Positions 9,856 to 18,058 of a stretch of DNA of 64,000 bases are shown here, one piece after another (position 1 is the stretch's first letter; each line of letters starts with the position of its first letter). The notes under the pieces are model-generated. The model worked only from the letters and a program-made list of their open reading frames with translations, had not been told where the DNA came from and did no database searches. The translations under genes and the position numbers were made by a program. Origin of the DNA: Eubacteriales bacterium (GTDB lineage Bacteria > Bacillota > Clostridia > Lachnospirales > Lachnospiraceae); NCBI GenBank assembly GCA_030539055.1, contig JAUNSV010000005.1, positions 26,574-90,573 on the forward strand. The letters are read 5' to 3'.

Positions 9856-9930
9856 ATGACCCCTAAATTGCAAATAAATTGTACAAATGTATATTTTTTT
9901 GTATAATTTAACGCTTAAGTATAATAGCAT

Positions 9931-9982
9931 AAAACCAAAAATATATCAATTGAAATATTGATTACTATCCCAATTGATATAT
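9931..9982 (-). terminator. Rho-independent terminator after metI
   Basis: Perfect 12-bp arms ATATATCAATTG (9941..9952) and CAATTGATATAT (9971..9982). On the minus strand they are followed by TTTTGGTTTT (9940..9931). Confidence 0.6.
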
Positions 9983-10014
9983 TAAATATGATAAAAATGG
10001 AGGGTTATTAATTT

Positions 10015-10716
10015 TTATTTTTGCCTTTTGTCTATTTTAGTTGATAATTTGGTACCTAGTGTTTGAAATAGTTCTACCAAAATTATCAAAAATATAACTG
10101 CAAGCAGCATTATCAAATATTTATATCTATAATATCCATAATTTATAGCTATTTTGCCAAGTCCCCCACCACCTATTATACCACTCATTGCTGTGTATCC
10201 AAGTATTGTAGTCAAAGCTATAGTCATATTAGATACTAACGAGGGAAGTGCCTCCCCTATCATTACTGTAGTAATAATTTGCATAGGAGATGCACCAAGT
10301 GATTGTGCCATTTCTATAGTATCACTACTCACTTCTCTAATACTACTCTCACATAATCTAGCCACAAATGGAAAAGCAGCAATTGTTAATGGAACAATAG
10401 AAGCTACAGTACCTACAGCTGTGCCTATTATCAATCTAGTAAAAGGGAAAACTAAAATCATCAATATTAAGAATGGTATTGACCTAAGAAGATTGATTAT
10501 AATATTTAACAATTTCATAATCCATTTTGGTAGTGGAGCTATTCCTCTTTCTTCTCCTACTACCAAAATAACACCAAGAGGAAGGCCTATAATGATTGCA
10601 AAAATAGTAGAAAGTAAAGTAACATAAAGTGTTTCCCAAAGAGCAAATGGAAATTGTGATATAAAAATATTTTTTGCTTCTATTATAGTTTCCATATTAA
10701 TATTATTTAACATCAA
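10015..10716 (-). CDS. metI: Methionine ABC transporter permease
   Basis: 233 aa, polytopic, with permease loop IEMAQSLGASPMQII. Operon with metN and metQ. Confidence 0.85.
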   Translation of the reverse strand: MMLNNINMETIIEAKNIFISQFPFALWETLYVTLLSTIFAIIIGLPLGVILVVGEERGIAPLPKWIMKLLNIIINLLRSIPFLILMILVFPFTRLIIGTAVGTVASIVPLTIAAFPFVARLCESSIREVSSDTIEMAQSLGASPMQIITTVMIGEALPSLVSNMTIALTTILGYTAMSGIIGGGGLGKIAINYGYYRYKYLIMLLAVIFLIILVELFQTLGTKLSTKIDKRQK

Positions 10717-11719
10717 TATTTACCTCCTCTATTCTTACATCACCATTTTTAATAAGAAAATTTTTTGCTCTTCCAAGCGTTTCATAGTCTCCTCTAATAC
10801 CTAATAACATTGAACCATAAATATTGCCATTAATTGTTCTTGTGGATGCAGATGCAATATTTGCCTCAATACGCTCCTCCAATGCGAGTTTTGCTATAAG
10901 AGGTGTTTTTGTAGCTTTGTGCCCAGAAAAAACTATACGAATAAAATGTTCGTCCTCTTCTCCTACTACGATTGCATCTTCATTGCCCTCTGGAAATACT
11001 AATTTTTTTGTTGCTTTTTCTTTTGGGTGTGAAAAAACTTCACCTACTTCTCCTACTTCTACAATTGATCCATTATCTAATATAGCAACATGTTTGCATA
11101 TTTGCTCAACTACAGACATTTGATGAGTGATTATAATTATAGTAATACCTAATTTTTCATTTATTTCTTTTAATAATTTTAATATTGATTGAGTAGTTGT
11201 AGGATCTAATGCACTTGTTGCTTCATCACACAATAATACTTTTGGGTTAGTAGCTAGTGCTCTTGCTATAGCAACTCTTTGCTTTTGTCCACCAGATAGT
11301 TGAGATGGAAAAGCTTTTATTTTTTCTTCTAATCCTACTAAAGAAAGTAATTCTTTTGCTTTTTTTTCTGCTTCTTTTTTTGTAACTTTTTCTAAATACA
11401 ATGGAAAGCATACATTTGATAAAACATTTTTTTGCATAAGTAAATTAAAAGATTGAAATATCATTGTGATTTCTCTTCTCTTCTTTCTTAATTCACTTTT
11501 AGATAAAGTTTTAATGTCTACATTATCAATTATAATTTGGCCATCTGTTACTTCCTCTAATCTGTTTATACATCTAATCAAAGTAGATTTTCCAGCTCCA
11601 CTCATACCTATAATGCCAAATATATCTTTGTCGTTAATTGTAAGATTTACATTGTGTAAAGCATCAAAAGATAGGGAGGCAGCATTAAAACTTTTTGTCA
11701 AATTTTTTATTTGAATCAT
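10703..11719 (-). CDS. metN: Methionine ABC transporter ATP-binding protein
   Basis: 338 aa. GMSGAGKST, LSGGQKQRVAIARAL, LLCDEATSALD, plus a C-terminal NIL-type extension. Confidence 0.9.
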   Translation of the reverse strand: MIQIKNLTKSFNAASLSFDALHNVNLTINDKDIFGIIGMSGAGKSTLIRCINRLEEVTDGQIIIDNVDIKTLSKSELRKKRREITMIFQSFNLLMQKNVLSNVCFPLYLEKVTKKEAEKKAKELLSLVGLEEKIKAFPSQLSGGQKQRVAIARALATNPKVLLCDEATSALDPTTTQSILKLLKEINEKLGITIIIITHQMSVVEQICKHVAILDNGSIVEVGEVGEVFSHPKEKATKKLVFPEGNEDAIVVGEEDEHFIRIVFSGHKATKTPLIAKLALEERIEANIASASTRTINGNIYGSMLLGIRGDYETLGRAKNFLIKNGDVRIEEVNIDVK

Positions 11720-11723
11720 TTAT

Positions 11724-12587
11724 TTAACCTTTAATTGGATCTAAAGTTTTTTGTTTTCCACCATATAAACCAAGTGGCTCTACATGTATAGCTCCAACAG
11801 AAACTATATGTGTGTTATTTTCTTTATTAAAATCATCTAAATATGGTAAGTGTTGAAAGAAATTTGCGTCTACTGTGCCATCTTCTACTACATTATTTGG
11901 TATTACATAATCACTATATTCTTGTATATCTAATTTGATATTTTTTTGTGATAAAATTTCTTTTGCTATATTCAAAATTTCTGCGTGTGGAGTAGGTGAA
12001 GCAGCTATAGAAATTGTTTGATTACTTAAAGAATTATAATTGATACTATTATCGAAGCCATCTGTAGGATTATCTACAACAGATACTACTGCTCCATCAT
12101 AAGTAGCTTCTATATATTCTTTTACTTGTTTACTACTTAGTGCAGCTTTTAATGCTTTTATTTTGTCATTATTCTCATTGCCACTTTTTACACATAAGAT
12201 ATTTGAATATTGAGAAGCAGAGCCCTCAATTAATAGTGAATCTTTTGTTGGATTAAGACCAGCTGAAATAGCGTAATTTGAATTAATAACAGCATAATCA
12301 ACATCTTTTAAAATATTTGGTAATTGTGCAGCTTCTACTTCTTTGAATTCAATTTGCTTAGGGTTAGATGCAATATTTAAGATAGTAGATGTAATACTTG
12401 TATCATCTTCCAATTTAATATAACCATTTTTTGCCAATAATAAAAGAGCTCTTGCCTCGTTTGTTGTATCATTTGGTATGGCTATTGTTACCTTTGATGA
12501 AGTAACTCCACTTGTTTTTGCACCACATGCACAAAGTGTGAAGATTAAAACAGATACAATAATAGTTAAACTTAATACTTTTTTCAT
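11724..12587 (-). CDS. metQ: Methionine-binding lipoprotein (NlpA/MetQ family)
   Basis: 287 aa. Signal peptide ending in a Cys-containing lipobox (FTLCACG). First gene of the metQNI operon. Confidence 0.85.
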   Translation of the reverse strand: MKKVLSLTIIVSVLIFTLCACGAKTSGVTSSKVTIAIPNDTTNEARALLLLAKNGYIKLEDDTSITSTILNIASNPKQIEFKEVEAAQLPNILKDVDYAVINSNYAISAGLNPTKDSLLIEGSASQYSNILCVKSGNENNDKIKALKAALSSKQVKEYIEATYDGAVVSVVDNPTDGFDNSINYNSLSNQTISIAASPTPHAEILNIAKEILSQKNIKLDIQEYSDYVIPNNVVEDGTVDANFFQHLPYLDDFNKENNTHIVSVGAIHVEPLGLYGGKQKTLDPIKG

Positions 12588-12610
12588 AATTTTTTTCTCC
12601 TTTGTTTAAT

Positions 12611-12639
12611 AAAAAACCGAATGCTTGAAAGCATTCGGC
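12611..12639 (-). terminator. Intrinsic terminator (attenuator stem 3:4) 24 nt upstream of the metQ ATG
   Basis: Minus strand reads CCGAATGC-TTTCAA-GCATTCGG (12638..12617) followed by T6 (12616..12611). Confidence 0.8.
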
Positions 12640-12683
12640 ATTATTCTTAATTTTTTAATTAATATAATGAATACTTACAAGAC

Positions 12684-12755
12684 TCAAACATAAATTGACA
12701 TACCCATAGCCATGTACATATCCATCATTATGTTTTGTGAAAAGTAATAATTCAT
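12684..12755 (-). CDS. Met-rich leader peptide MNYYFSQNIMMDMYMAMGMSIYV (23 aa), candidate attenuation sensor
   Basis: Hand translation. AAGGAG at 12766..12761, ATG 12755, TGA 12686..12684. 7 of 23 codons are ATG, six of them within ten consecutive codons. Too short for the ORF track. Confidence 0.6.
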   Translation of the reverse strand: MNYYFSQNIMMDMYMAMGMSIYV

Positions 12756-12820
12756 TTCATCTCCTTAATTAATATCTAACAAGACTACTATATTTTTTTA
12801 TAATTGTCAAGCACTTTTTG

Positions 12821-12892
12821 TGACCTATACGAGAGTTGAACTCGTGATTCAGCCTTGAGAGGGCTGCGTCTTAACCCCTTGACCAATAGGCC
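12821..12892 (-). tRNA. tRNA-Glu, anticodon CUC
   Basis: Hand-folded cloverleaf. Acceptor GGCCTAT/ATAGGTC (one G-U). D arm GTC-AAGGGGTTAA-GAC. Anticodon stem CAGCC/GGCTG with loop CT-CTC-AA. 4-nt variable loop AATC. T arm ACGAG-TTCAACT-CTCGT. Discriminator A, no encoded CCA. Same architecture as Bacillus tRNA-Glu. Confidence 0.9.
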
Positions 12893-12906
12893 GTTTAACT
12901 TAGGGA

Positions 12907-12935
12907 ATTATAAAAGAAATGCTTTCGTTTGTCAA
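12907..12935 (-). promoter_or_regulatory. Consensus sigma-A-type promoter for tRNA-Glu
   Basis: Minus strand TTGACA (12935..12930), 17-nt spacer, TATAAT (12912..12907). The -10 ends 14 nt before the tRNA 5' end. Confidence 0.7.
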
Positions 12936-12968
12936 GCCTTAAAAAATTATCAATTTATTTTTTTAATT

Positions 12969-14200
12969 TTATTTTATAATGTCATTCACTATATATACAT
13001 CTTCTCTATCTATTATAGGTATACTAAATATATCTCCATAATTCAAAATAAAGTTATCATCTGTTTTATAAAAATAAATATAATCATATTGCTTGATTGT
13101 TTTTATAAAATCTTCCTTAATTAAATTCTTAGTCCATATATCTTTAGGGTGGTATATTGGATCTCCAAATGAACAAGAACGAAATTTTTTATCAAACATT
13201 TTGAATTTGAATATGCTACCTAGCAAGCCTTGGTCAGCTTGTGCTACTATTAGTATTTTTTTGTTAGCTGGGAAATTTTCCATTATATCAAAATCTTTTT
13301 TATAAATATAATCATCTGAATATAGTATGCTTTTTGGTAAATAATTTACTCCATTTGCAAAATAAATTGATAAACTTAAAGAAAAAACTATAAATAATAA
13401 ACATAACAAAAAAGATATGTTCATTTTTTTATAATTAATAATTATATTTATAAATAAAAAACCTAAAATAAAAAATAGGGAAATTAAAAATATACTACTA
13501 AATCTCCAAACAGAAGATAAATTCACAGCATCCCATTCGCTCATAATAAATAAGTATAATAAAAGAAGTGAAAATGTATATAATATTAAACCCACAATAA
13601 GGCAAATTGAAAATTTAATTATTTTATTTTTATATATTTTTCTTGTAAAAAAAGAAAAAATAGAAAATAATAAAACAAATAAACAAATCCAATTAAAAAA
13701 AGTTAAATATATTTGTTTTGTATTAAAAAACCAATTTGAATAATTTGATAATGCTTCTTTTTGATATTCTAATCCACCGTGTAAAAATAGTATATTAATT
13801 AATTGTTTTATTTTTAATAATACATTTATTTGGGTAGTATTTTCTTTAATAGATATAGGGAGTAATATTTTCCAAGAAATAAAAAATAGTAAGGGTATTA
13901 GAAATACAAATAAAAATTTTTTTAAATTATTTTTTATATTTTTTTTATCAATTTTTTGAATTAATAATAAAACTATAATGCCAAAAATGTATAAACCTAT
14001 TCCAGGTTCTTTCGTTAGTATTAGAGCTATGGCAGATAATATAATATTATAGATTTTAAATTTTGAGTGAATCCTGCAAAATATATTATTATAGCAATAA
14101 AAAATAATGATGCAGGTAGTACTTTGGCAAAAGATTGATTAAAAAATAATGCTAGACTAATTGCTACAATAATAATAACAATATATGGTATGATGAACAT
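12969..14200 (-). pseudogene. Polytopic membrane protein (~410 codons) interrupted by a frameshift near 14035-14100
   Basis: ATG 14200 opens MFIIPYIVIIIVAISLALFF...KSIILYYLP and stops at about 14030. A second frame, open from about 14100, continues ...IYNIILSAIALILTKEPGIGLYIFGIIVLLL... into the listed ORF 12969..13595. No family recognised. Confidence 0.6.
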
Positions 14201-14231
14201 TAAATAAGCTCCTTAATATAATTTAAAATGA

Positions 14232-14852
14232 TTAAAAAATCTGTCCTGGTAATTTTAATTTTTCTTTATGAGGGAAATTTTTATCAAAAAGTTCTGCTTC
14301 TGTTTCATCAACCATATATATTTTTGGCGTAGCATACTCTCCTGTTACATTAGACAAATACCCAGGTACTAATTCTTTACATAAAAAGAATGAAGCATCT
14401 TCTCCCTCTGGTAATCCATGGTAGCGAATTTTATAATTACTTGCACATACAAAGCCACTCTTACCATAGAAGTCAATATTGCCCTCAAAACATATTGCTT
14501 TGCATCCAGCTTCCTTTGCTTTTTCCAAAGAGTAATCTAACAATATTTTTCCGTATCCTTTTCTTTTATATTGTGGGTGAATACAAATTGGTCCCATTGT
14601 CATAATCGGAATCTTTTTCCCATCATCTGCTTGAATGAATGTTCTTACAAATACATTTTGACCTATAATTTTACCATCTTTCTCCATTACAAAATCAAGC
14701 TCGGGTACAAATGATGAATCATTTCTCAATTGGTTCAACACAAAATGTTCCAAACACCCTGGACGATATACATTCCAAAAAGACTCTCTTACAAGATTTT
14801 CTACATCACGATATTCTTCTTTTTTTTCATTTCGAATAATATAATTTGCCAC
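14232..14852 (-). CDS. GNAT-family N-acetyltransferase
   Basis: 206 aa. GTG start with AAGGAG 10 nt upstream. Acetyl-CoA motif QYKRKGYGKILLDYSLEKAKEAG. 19 nt downstream of fic. Confidence 0.8.
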   Translation of the reverse strand: MANYIIRNEKKEEYRDVENLVRESFWNVYRPGCLEHFVLNQLRNDSSFVPELDFVMEKDGKIIGQNVFVRTFIQADDGKKIPIMTMGPICIHPQYKRKGYGKILLDYSLEKAKEAGCKAICFEGNIDFYGKSGFVCASNYKIRYHGLPEGEDASFFLCKELVPGYLSNVTGEYATPKIYMVDETEAELFDKNFPHKEKLKLPGQIF

Positions 14853-14871
14853 TTTATTATGTCTCCTTTAT

Positions 14872-15687
14872 TTATTTTTTCATACTCTGTATTTTAGGTT
14901 TTTCATCTCTTTTTTTTGATATTGTTTTATTTACAAAATTTTCATTGTTTGTTATTACATAATTACTGATACTTAAAAAATATTTATCTTGTTGCTCTTT
15001 AAAAAACTCGTAAAGTTTTTCATAATTCCCCTCGGTTTGTGCAATATGTAGCATAGCTCTATATTTTGTTTTATCTTCGTTTTTTATGATTACTGGAATG
15101 ATATTACTGTCAAGACATTGCTTAAAAAGAATTGCTCTTCCTGTTCTTCCATTGCCATCTTGGAATGGATGAATATGTTCATACTCTGCATGAAACATAG
15201 CCATATCAATCAAGTCACGATTTCCAGTATTATATTTTGCAAGAAGATTATTAATTCTTTCTGGAACATCTTGTGGCAATGCAGTCGTAATATCACTTAC
15301 ATAATTTATTCTTTTTTTAAAATCACCAACAGCATAGCCATTTATCTTGTCGAAAAAAACTCCTATTTTAAGTTGAAAATGAAAAGCCTTTATTATTTCA
15401 ATACTTAAATCAACATCCAAGTTTTTCAAAATTTCATTGAACATTTTGAAATGACCATTCATTTCTTCTATATCTTGTGATTTATAAGTACAATCCTTTT
15501 CGGAATAGAAGGTACCTGTATCAAACAATGATGCTGTTTGTTCACTTGTCAATGTGCTACCCTCTATTTTATTTGAATTGTAAGCCATATACTTTTGAGT
15601 AAAAGCATACAATCCTTTTCTGTCTTGCTTTTCAAATTCTTCAAGTATTTGCTTTTTATACTGTTTCATAAATTTTTCATTTTCCAT
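14872..15687 (-). CDS. Fic-domain protein (AMPylase-type), class II with an N-terminal inhibitory motif
   Basis: 271 aa. Active-site HPFQDGNGRTGR. Inhibitory (S/T)xxxE(G/N) motif SNKIEG. GAGGAG RBS, 28 nt after the MTase stop. Confidence 0.85.
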   Translation of the reverse strand: MENEKFMKQYKKQILEEFEKQDRKGLYAFTQKYMAYNSNKIEGSTLTSEQTASLFDTGTFYSEKDCTYKSQDIEEMNGHFKMFNEILKNLDVDLSIEIIKAFHFQLKIGVFFDKINGYAVGDFKKRINYVSDITTALPQDVPERINNLLAKYNTGNRDLIDMAMFHAEYEHIHPFQDGNGRTGRAILFKQCLDSNIIPVIIKNEDKTKYRAMLHIAQTEGNYEKLYEFFKEQQDKYFLSISNYVITNNENFVNKTISKKRDEKPKIQSMKK

Positions 15688-15715
15688 ATTATATACTCCT
15701 CGTGTTATATTAGCT

Positions 15716-17401
15716 TTAGCTCATAATCCTTGTTTTTGCAATTTCAAAATAATCACGATTTAATTCAATTCCTATAAACTTTCTCCCTAATTTTTTGCAA
15801 GCAACTCCTGTAGTTCCACTTCCCATAAATGGATCCATGATTACATCATTTTTGTTTGTATGCACTTTGATTATTTCTTCCATTAATTTAAGACTTTTTT
15901 GTGTAGGATGCTTTGTTTTTTCAGAACCACTTACGAGCGATGTTTCATACAATGATCTTTTATACTTTTCTTTCTCTCCTTTATTAAAAATCCATTTTGC
16001 TTTTTTCTGTACTCCCCAAATTGCAAACTCCATATCTTGAACATATCTTCGTTCTATATTCCTTGGCATAGGGTTACTCTTCTTCCATATTATCACATCT
16101 TTTACATCAATATCATTTTTTTCTAATTCTGTAATAATGAAACTTATATAGTAGTATGAACAAAATATTATGATACTTCCATTTTTATCTAATAATTCTA
16201 CATAAGGTTTTATCCACGAAATGAAATCAAACTCTTTGTCCCATTCGCCAAAGTCAACTCCTTGCCTTTTTTGTTTCATAGTATTGAAATTATTTGCTTT
16301 TGAAATATTATATGGTGGATCAGTAATAATATGATTTATTATTACGCCATTTTTTTTAAACTCACTTACTTTGGTATATGCATTATCTAAATAAATTTTT
16401 GCTTCTTTATTTTCATATAGATTAACTTCATTATATTTACTCTCAATTGCTTTTCCTATCTCAAAAGCCATTAATGGTGGTACAGCATTACCTATTTGTT
16501 TGCATATTGAAGTTTTATTGCCATAAAATATAAAATCATCGTTAAAGCTTTGAATTCTTGCTGCTTCTCTTGGAGTAATTGACCTGTCTAATACTGGGTG
16601 AGAATTTCTTCCATTTGATGGTGTATCAAATCTTGTATCAATAGTTGGGCTTATATTGTTCCATTCAAGCCTTGACCATGTAGTTGCAAATTTTTGTTTA
16701 CCATGTAATTCTTTTGGTAGGGATATTTTAGCTCGCATCATTTTTTGATAATTACTTTGTGACTTATTTATATATTCACTTTCATTTTCTCCCTCTCCAG
16801 AATTTAGATATGCTAAATCGGATATTGCTTCTTTTACTGTTACTATAGTATTGTTTCCTATAGGTAAATTTATACTTCTTGTTAAAGAACCTATTATTAT
16901 TGCTCTTTCTCTATGTTCTGGAACTCCAAAATTTTTAGCATTTAACACTCCATAGTTTAATATATATCCAAGTTTATTTATTCTTTTTTTTATCTCATTT
17001 ATAAAATATCCATTCTCTGAATTTAGTAAATTTTTTACATTTTCTATTACAAATACTTCTGGTTTTATTTTTTTTATCATTTCAATATATTCTAAAAATA
17101 AAAAATTTCTTGGGTCATTTAAGCCTAGATTTTTACCTTTAAGACTAAAGCCTTGACAAGGTGGTCCGCCTATTATCATATTTACCTTATTTTTTAATGC
17201 ACTCTTTACTATTTTTTCTTTTATTATTTTATTGGTAATATCACCTACTATTACATCTGCATCTGGAAAATTCTTAGCAAAAGTCAATGCAGCATTTTTA
17301 TCAAAATCTACTGCCACTACTGTTTTCATATTTTTATTTTTATCAATACCAGACGAAAAACCGCCCGCACCACAAAATAAATCTAATATTTTAAATTCCA
17401 T
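15716..17401 (-). CDS. Bifunctional DNA methyltransferase: N-terminal C5-cytosine MTase fused to a C-terminal beta-class DPPY (N4-C/N6-A) MTase
   Basis: 561 aa. m5C motifs LFCGAGGF, GGPPCQGFS, ENV, QIGNAVPP within aa 1-310. Then IITDPPYNIS (DPPY = 16321..16310) and DPFMGSGTTGVA near the C-terminus. Confidence 0.85.
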   Translation of the reverse strand: MEFKILDLFCGAGGFSSGIDKNKNMKTVVAVDFDKNAALTFAKNFPDADVIVGDITNKIIKEKIVKSALKNKVNMIIGGPPCQGFSLKGKNLGLNDPRNFLFLEYIEMIKKIKPEVFVIENVKNLLNSENGYFINEIKKRINKLGYILNYGVLNAKNFGVPEHRERAIIIGSLTRSINLPIGNNTIVTVKEAISDLAYLNSGEGENESEYINKSQSNYQKMMRAKISLPKELHGKQKFATTWSRLEWNNISPTIDTRFDTPSNGRNSHPVLDRSITPREAARIQSFNDDFIFYGNKTSICKQIGNAVPPLMAFEIGKAIESKYNEVNLYENKEAKIYLDNAYTKVSEFKKNGVIINHIITDPPYNISKANNFNTMKQKRQGVDFGEWDKEFDFISWIKPYVELLDKNGSIIIFCSYYYISFIITELEKNDIDVKDVIIWKKSNPMPRNIERRYVQDMEFAIWGVQKKAKWIFNKGEKEKYKRSLYETSLVSGSEKTKHPTQKSLKLMEEIIKVHTNKNDVIMDPFMGSGTTGVACKKLGRKFIGIELNRDYFEIAKTRIMS

Positions 17402-17412
17402 AATTACTCCTA

Positions 17413-17445
17413 AATTTGAGGGACAAATATTATTTCCCTCAAATT
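17413..17445. repeat. Perfect 11-bp inverted repeat AATTTGAGGGA-N11-TCCCTCAAATT abutting the MTase RBS
   Basis: Arms at 17413..17423 and 17435..17445, read directly. No adjacent T-run on either strand. Confidence 0.7.
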
Positions 17446-17590
17446 ATAGTACATTTTTTAATTATATTCAATTGAATTTAATTTTCTCTTTTGAAATATT
17501 ATAAGAATATTAATTAAGGCATTAGATTTTAAGAAAGAATTTTTAAATAATAATGAAGCTATTATAAATGGTAGCGAATTATTAGATAAA

Positions 17591-17989
17591 ATGGATTCAT
17601 ACAAAGAGTGGATAAAATCAATTACAAACAATGCTCAAATAGAAACTGTGAATCCAGAATGGGTTTTGACAGATACATTTTTTGCTATAGATGAAAATGA
17701 AAAAATTGTTGGGATTATATCTTTACGCCATGAATTGAAAGGTTTTCTACTTGACTTTGGACATATAGGTTATAGTGTAAGACCAACTGAGCGATGTAAA
17801 GGGTATGCAACACAAATGCTTAAATTAATTCTTGATGTAGCAAAAAGTGCAGGATTATCTTCCTTACAACTATCTGCTGAAAGAGAGAATAAGCTATCTA
17901 TAAAAACTATTGTAAAAAATGGTGGGATTTATGAGAGAAGTTTTGAATATCAAGGTAAAATAGCAGATGTATATAGGATAAATTTGTAA
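17591..17989 (+). CDS. GNAT-family acetyltransferase, probably 5'-truncated
   Basis: 132-aa ORF with CKGYATQMLKLILDVAKSAG. The same frame stays open upstream to 17495 and reads NIIRILIKALDFKKEFLNNNEAIINGSELLDK, which has no start codon. No good SD precedes ATG 17591. Confidence 0.65.
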   Translation: MDSYKEWIKSITNNAQIETVNPEWVLTDTFFAIDENEKIVGIISLRHELKGFLLDFGHIGYSVRPTERCKGYATQMLKLILDVAKSAGLSSLQLSAERENKLSIKTIVKNGGIYERSFEYQGKIADVYRINL

Positions 17990-18058
17990 ATAATTTTGAC
18001 AATTTGAATCGCTGTAATAGTCAAGCTTGTATTTTGAATAATAACAAGTTTATTATTC

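Noticed and set aside
9856-9930. The N-terminal 25-codon extension of hprK. Similar long-ORF extensions occur for bioY (58684..58779), aroQ (43589..43633), nrdD (30989..31036), arsR (1176..1268), proB (47642..47662) and ycxB-like (33208..33237).
   Set aside because: The extensions are hydrophobic or low-complexity, overlap upstream genes or promoters, and lack an RBS. Internal ATGs with a Shine-Dalgarno sequence or family-typical N-termini were preferred.
12588-12820. An expected SAM (S-box) riboswitch or Met T-box upstream of metQNI.
   Set aside because: Reading the minus strand, I found no S-box core (no GAGGGA/GCCC-type junction strings), no specifier-loop or T-box sequence, and the leader is too short and AU-rich for either. 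A leader-peptide attenuator explains the terminator better. This still needs a covariance-model scan.
12855-13124. 89-aa plus-strand ORF (MRGLRLNPLTNRPFNLG...).
   Set aside because: Its 5' part is the antisense of the tRNA-Glu gene and its promoter. The rest is antisense to the membrane-protein gene.
12821-14231. A tRNA-anchored integrative element or prophage next to tRNA-Glu.
   Set aside because: There is no integrase or recombinase and no repeat of the tRNA 3' end. The accessory DNA lies on the 5' side of the tRNA, which is the atypical side for tRNA-targeting integrases.
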